Assembly (NCBI GenBank): GCA_043228905.1
Contig: JBHGNT010000687.1
Location: 1 to 17,631, forward strand
Length of the DNA: 17,631 nucleotides
From: Azolla caroliniana
Taxonomy: Eukaryota; Plantae; Polypodiophyta
Reading direction: 5' to 3'
The notes under the pieces were generated by a model. That model worked only from the letters and a program-made list of their open reading frames with translations, was not told where the DNA came from and made no database searches. Position 1 is the first letter of the stretch; every line of letters starts with the position of its first letter. Of the stretch, positions 11,622 through 17,631 are shown one piece after another. Position numbers and translations under genes: made by a program.

Positions 11622-13217
11622 TCCTCAAATGTGGTAATTTCGTCATGTCTCTCGACCTGAGTTTCAAAATCTTGATTTTTTAAGTCCATATCATAGCTAG
11701 CGTTGTTAGCTTCGATTCACAAGTTTGAACACAAAAATCCGATATCACACGAGCCAGGTATGAACATTTTAATTTACCTACTAGCTCTTCTCAACTCATT
11801 CCTCAAATTTGGTAATTTCGTCATGTCTCTCGACTTGAGTTTAAAAATCTTGATTTTTTAATTCCATATGATAGCTAGCGTTGTTAGCTTCGATTCGCAA
11901 GTTTGAACACAAAAATCCGATATCACACGAGCCAGGTATGAACATTTTAATTTACTCAAGGGCTCCTCTCAACTCCCTGCTCAAATTTGGTAATTTCGTC
12001 ATGTCTCTCGACCTGAGTTTCAAAATCTTGATTTTTTAATTCCATATCATAGCTAGCGTTGTTAGCTTCGATTCGCATGTTTGAACACAGAAATCCGATA
12101 TCACACTCGCCAGGTATGAACATTTTAATTTACTCAAGGGTTCCTCTCAACTCCCTCCTCAAATTTGGTAATTTCGTCATGTCTCTCGACCTGAGTTTCA
12201 AAATCTTGATTTTTTAATTCCATATCATAGCTAGCGTTGTTAGCTTCGATTCGCATGTTTGAATACAAAAATCCGATATCACACGAGCCAGGTATGAACA
12301 TTTTAATTTACTCAAGGGCTCCTTTGAACTCCCTCGTCAAATGTGGTAATTTCGTCATGTCTCTCGACCTGAGTTTCAAAATCTTGATTTTTTAAGTCCA
12401 TATCATAGCTAGCGTTGTTAGCTTCGATTCGCATGTTTGAACACAAAAATCCGATATCACACGAGCCAGGTATGAACATTTTAATTTACCTACTAGCTCT
12501 TCTCAACTCATTCCTCAAATTTGGTAATTTCGTCATGTCTGTCGACCTGAGTTTCAAAATCTTAATTTTTTAATTCCAGATGATAGCTAGCGTTGTTAGC
12601 TTCGATTCGCTAGTTGGAACACAAAAATCCGATATCACACTCGCCAGGTATGAACATTTTAATTTACTCAAGGGTTCCTCTCAACTCCCTCCTCAAATTT
12701 GGTAATTTCGTCATGTCTCTCGACCTGAGTTTCAAAATCTTGATTTTTTAATTCCATATCATAGCTAGCGTTGTTAGCTTCGATTCGCAAGTTTGAACAC
12801 AAAAATCCGATATCACACAAGCCAGGTATGAACATTTTAATTTACTCAAGGGCTCCTTTGAACTCCCTCGTCAAATGTGATAATTTCGTCATGTCTCTCG
12901 ACCTGAGTTTCAAAATCTTGATTTTTTAAGTCCATATCATAGCTAGCGTTGTTAGCTTCGATTCGCAAGTTTGAACACAAAAATCCGATATCACACGAGC
13001 CAGGTATGAACATTTTAATTTACCTACTAGCTCTTCTCAACTCATTCCTCAAATTTGGTAATTTCGTCATGTCTCTCGACCTGAGTTTTAAAATCTTGAT
13101 TTTTTAATTCCATATCATAGCTATTGTCTTTAGCTTCGATTCGCATGTTTGAACACAAAAATCCGATATCACACGAGCCAGGTATGAACATTTTAATTTA
13201 CTCAAGGGCTCCTTTGA

Positions 13218-15150
13218 ACTCCCTCCTCAAATGTGGTAATTTCGTCATGTCTCTCGACCTAAGTTTCAAAATCTTGATTTTTTAATTCCATATGATAGCT
13301 AGTGTTGTTAGCTTCGATTCGCAAGTTTGAACACAAAAATCCGATATCACACGAGCCAGGTATGAACATTTTAATTTACCTACTAGCTCTTCTCAACTCA
13401 TTCCTCAAATGTGGTAATTTCAACATGTCTCTCGACCTGAGTTTCAAAATCTTGATTTTTTAAGTCCATATCATAGCTATTGTCTTTAGCTTCGATTCGC
13501 ATGTTTGAACACAAAAATCCGATATCACACGAGCCAGGTATGAACATTTTAATTTACCTACTAGCTCTTCTCAACTCATTCCTCAAATTTGGTAATTTCG
13601 TCATGTCTCTCGACCTGAGTTTTAAAACCTTGATTTTTTAATTCCATATCATAGCTAGCGTTGTTAGCTTTGATTCGCAAGTTTGAACACAAAAATCCGA
13701 TATCACACGATCCAGGTATGAACATTTTAATTTACCTACTATCTCCTCTAAACTCCCTCCTCAAATTATGTAATTTCGTCATGTCTGTCGACCTGAGTTT
13801 CAAAATCTTAATTTTTTAATTCCAGATGATAGCTAGCGTTGTTAGCTTCGATTCGCTAGTTGGAACACAAAAATCCGATATCACACTCGCCAGGTATGAA
13901 CATTTTAATTTACTCAAGGGTTCCTCTCAACTCCCTCTTCAAATTTGGTAATTTCGTCATGTCTCTCGACCTGAGTTTCAAAATCTTGATTTTTTAATTC
14001 CATATCATAGCTAGCGTTGTTAGCTTCGATTCGCATGTTTGAATACAAAAATCCGATATCACACGAGCCAGGTATGAACATTTTAATTTACTCAAGGGCT
14101 CCTTTGAACTCCCTCGTCAAATATGATAATTTCGTCATGTCTCTCGACCTGAGCTTCAAAATCTTGATTTTTTAAGTCCATATCATAGCTAGCGTCTTTA
14201 GCTTCGATTCGCATGTTTGAACACAAAAATCCGATATCACACGAGCCAGGTATGAACATTTTAATTTACTCAAGGGCTCCTTTGAACTCCCTCCTCAAAT
14301 GTGGTAATTTCGTCATGTCTCTCGACCTGAGTTTCAAAATCTTGATTTTTTAAGTCCATATCATAGCTAGCGTTGTTAGCTTCGATTCGCAAGTTTGAAC
14401 ACAAAAATCCGATATCACACGAGCCAGGTATGAACATTTTAATTTACCTACTAGCTCTTCTCAACTCATTCCTCAAATTTGGTAATTTCGTCATGTCTGT
14501 CGACCTGAGTTTCAAAATCTTAATTTTTTAATTCCAGATGATAGCTAGCGTTGTTAGCTTCGATTCGCTAGTTGGAACACAAAAATCCGATATCACACTC
14601 GCCAGGTATGAACATTTTAATTTACTCAAGGGTTCCTCTCAACTCCCTCCTCAAATTTGGTAATTTCGTCATGTCTCTCGACCTGAGTTTCAAAATCTTG
14701 ATTTTTTAATTCCATATCATAGCTAGCGTTGTTAGCTTCGATTCGCAAGTTTGAACACAAAAATCCGATATCACACAAGCCAGGTATGAACATTTTAATT
14801 TACTCAAGGGCTCCTTTGAACTCCCTCGTCAAATGTGATAATTTCGTCATGTCTCTCGACCTGAGTTTCAAAATCTTGATTTTTTAAGTCCATATCATAG
14901 CTAGCGTCTTTAGCTTCGATTCGCATGTTTGAACACAAAAATCCGATATCACACGAGCCAGGTATGAACATTTTAATTTACTCAAGGGCTCCTCTCAACT
15001 CCGTGCTCAAATTTGGTAATTTCGTCATGTCTCTCGACCTGAGTTTCAAAATCTTGATTTTTTAATTCCATTCATAGCTAGCGTTGTTAGCTTCGATTCG
15101 CATGTTTGAACACAGAAATCCGATATCACACTCGCCAGGTATGAACATTT
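13218..15150. repeat. About 11-monomer block duplicating 6229 to about 8160 (offset 6989 bp)
   Basis: Both blocks start with the monomer carrying GACCTAAG and CTAGTGTT (6229, 13218) and end with the 177-bp ATTCCATTCATAG monomer (8009, 14998). The subtype order in between is the same. Confidence 0.85.
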
Positions 15151-17631
15151 TATTTTACCTACTAGCTCTTCTCAACTCATTCCTCAAATTTAGTAATTTC
15201 GTCATGTCTCTCGACCTGAGTTTTAAAACCTTGATTTTTTAATTCCATATCATAGCTAGCGTTGTTAGCTTTGATTCGCAAGTTTTAACACAAAAATCCG
15301 ATATCACACGATCCAGGTATGAACATTTTAATTTACCTACTATCTCCTCTAAACTCCCTCCTCAAATTATGTAATTTCGTCATGTCTGTCGACCTGAGTT
15401 TCAAAATCTTAATTTTTTAATTCCAGATGATAGCTAGCGTTGTTAGCTTCGATTCGCTAGTTGGAACACAAAAATCCGATATCACAGTCGCTAGGTATGA
15501 ACATTTTAATTTACTCAAGGGCTCCTTTGAACTCCCTCCTCAAATGTGGTAATTTCGTCATGTCTCTCGACCTGAGCTTCAAAATCTTGATTTTTTAATT
15601 CCATATCATAGCTAGCGTTGTTAGCTTCGATTCGCAAGTTTGAACACAAAAATCCGATATCACACGAGCCAGGTATGAACATTTTAATTTACTCAAGGGC
15701 TCCTCTCAACTTAGTCAAGGGCTCCTTTGAACTCCCTCCTCAAATGTGGTAATTTCGTCATGTCTCTCGACCTGAGTTTCAAAATCTTGATTTTTTAAGT
15801 CCATATCATAGCTAGCGTTGTTAGCTTCGATTCGCAAGTTTGAACACAAAAATCCGATATCACACGAGCCAGGTATGAACATTTTAATTTACCTACTAGC
15901 TCTTCTCAACTCATTCCTCAAATTTGGTAATTTCGTCATGTCTCTCGACTTGAGTTTAAAAATCTTGATTTTTTAATTCCATATGATAGCTAGCGTTGTT
16001 AGCTTCGATTCGCATGTTTGAATACAAAAATCCGATATCACACGAGCCAGGTATGAACATTTTAATTTACTCAACGGCTCCTTTGAACTCCCTCCTAAAA
16101 TGTGGTAATTTCGTCATGTCTCTCGACCTGAGATTCAAAATCTTGATTTTTTAAGTCCATATCATAGCTAGCGTTGTTAGCTTCGATTCGCAAGTTTGAA
16201 CACAAAAATCCGATATCACACGAGCCAGGTATGAACATTTTAATTTACCTACTAGCTCTTCTCAACTCATTCCTCAAATTTGGTAATTTCGTCATGTCTC
16301 TCGACTTGAGTTTAAAAATCTTGATTTTTTAATTCCATATGATAGCTAGCGTTGTTAGCTTCGATTCGCATGTTTGAATACAAAAATCCGATATCACACG
16401 AGCCAGGTATGAACATTTTAATTTACTCAACGGCTCCTTTGAACTCCCTCCTCAAATGTGGTAATTTCGTCATGTCTCTCGACCTGAGATTCAAAATCTT
16501 GATTTTTTAAGTCCATATCATAGCTAGCGTTGTTAGCTTCGATTCGCAAGTTTGAACACAAAAATCCGATATCACACGAGCCAGGTATGAACATTTTAAT
16601 TTACCTACTAGCTCTTCTCAACTCATTCCTCAAATTTGGTAATTTCGTCATGTCTCTCGACCTGAGTTTTAAAATCTTGATTTTTTAATTCCATATGATA
16701 GCTAGCGTTGTTAGCTTCGATTCGCAAGTTTGAACACAAAAATCCGATATCACACGATCCAGGTATGAACATTTTAATTTACCTACTAGCTCCTCTAAAC
16801 TCCCTCCTCAAATGTGGTAATTTCGTCATGTCGCTCGACCTGAGTTTCAAAATCTTGATTTTTTAATTTCATATCATAGCCTGCATTGTTAGCTTCGATG
16901 CGCAAGTTTGAAAACAAAAATCCGATATCACACGAGCCAGGTACGAACATTTTAATTTACCTACTAGCTCCTCTAAACTCCCTGCTCAAATTTGGTAATT
17001 TCGTCATGTCTCTCGACCTGAGCTTCAAAATCTTGATTTTTTAATTCCATATCATAGCTAGCGTTGTTAGCTTCGATTCGCAAGTTTGAACACAAAAATC
17101 CGATATCACACGAGCCAGGTATGAACATATTTTAATTTACTCAAGGGCTCCTCTCAACTTAGTCCTCAAATTTGGTAATTTCGTCATGTCTCTCGACCTG
17201 AGTTTCAAAATCTTGATTTTTTAATTCCATATCATAGCTAGCGTTGTTAGCTTCGATTCGCAAGTTTGAACACAAAAATCCGATATCACACGAGCCAGGT
17301 ATGAACATTTTAATTTACCTACTAGCTCTTCTCAACTCATTCCTCAAATTTGGTAATTTCGTCATGTCTCTCGACCTGAGTTTTAAAACCTTGATTTTTT
17401 AATTCCATATCATAGCTAGCGTTGTTAGCTTTGATTCGCAAGTTTGAACACAAAAATCCGATATCACACGATCCAGGTATGAACATTTTAATTTACCTAC
17501 TATCTCCTCTAAACTCCCTCCTCAAATTATGTAATTTCGTCATGTCTGTCGACCTGAGTTTCAAAATCTTAATTTTTTAATTCCAGATGATAGCTAGCGT
17601 TGTTAGCTTCGATTCGCTAGTTGGAACACAT
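15100..17631. repeat. Further copy of the 13-mer-family block (matching about 9180-11360) with an internal extra dimer
   Basis: The order matches: TTTAGT/AAAACC, CAGTCGCTAGG, 200-bp monomer, GACTTGAG/CAACGG, GAGATTC, divergent monomer (16799), 180-bp monomer (16977). The GACTTGAG+GAGATTC pair occurs twice (15909-16264 and 16265-16620). Confidence 0.8.
15693..15736 (+). repeat. 22-bp imperfect direct duplication making a 200-bp monomer (copy 3 of 3)
   Basis: Same 44-bp sequence as 9774-9817. Confidence 0.9.

Larger units (their letters stand above)
1..17631. repeat. 178-bp tandem satellite array, 98 full monomers plus one partial; putative centromeric/pericentromeric satellite
   Basis: The landmark TCATGTCT recurs at 28, 205, 383, 561 and onward (spacing 177, then 178). 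The register holds to the last monomer start at 17513 once 3x177-type-plus-one, 3x180 and 3x200 bp variants are accounted for. All copies are in the same orientation with no unique sequence. Centromeric role is inference only. Confidence 0.98.

Noticed and set aside
1-17631. CRISPR array or other repeat-spacer system
   Set aside because: There are no unique spacers. The whole 178-bp unit repeats with only SNP-level variation, and no cas or other genes are present.
1-17631. Assignment to Arabidopsis CEN178 or primate alpha satellite
   Set aside because: Only the length is similar. I see no recognisable sequence match and no HindIII AAGCTT site typical of CEN178. A database search is needed.
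1-17631. Tandem 5S rRNA, tRNA or snRNA gene array
   Set aside because: There is no recognisable 5S sequence, cloverleaf or Pol III A/B/C box on either strand.
1-17631. Embedded transposon, telomeric repeat or strand inversion
   Set aside because: The monomer register is continuous from 1 to 17631 in one orientation, leaving no room for inserted sequence.

Overview
The whole window is one uninterrupted head-to-tail tandem satellite array on a single orientation. It has a 178-bp monomer (about 38% GC by hand count of the consensus), with 98 complete monomers and a partial 99th. Consensus: ACTCCCTCCTCAAATTTGGTAATTTCGTCATGTCTCTCGACCTGAGTTTCAAAATCTTGATTTTTTAATTCCATATCATAGCTAGCGTTGTTAGCTTCGATTCGCA(A/T)GTTTGAACACAAAAATCCGATATCACACGAGCCAGGTATGAACATTTTAATTTA(CTCAAGGG/CCTACTAG)CTCCTCTCA. 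The monomer length, homogeneity and lack of genes suggest eukaryotic centromeric or pericentromeric satellite DNA; I cannot assign a species or named family. There are no credible genes, RNA genes, CRISPR arrays or mobile elements, and the single ORF is a by-product of one stop-removing SNP. The interest lies in the array architecture: recurring monomer subtypes form nested higher-order repeats (HORs) of 18, 13, 6 and 2 monomers plus an about 11-monomer dispersed duplication, with chimeric monomers, length variants (177, 180, 200 bp) and a 22-bp out-of-register duplication. I found no evidence of a new gene-based system. Monomer typing was done by eye.
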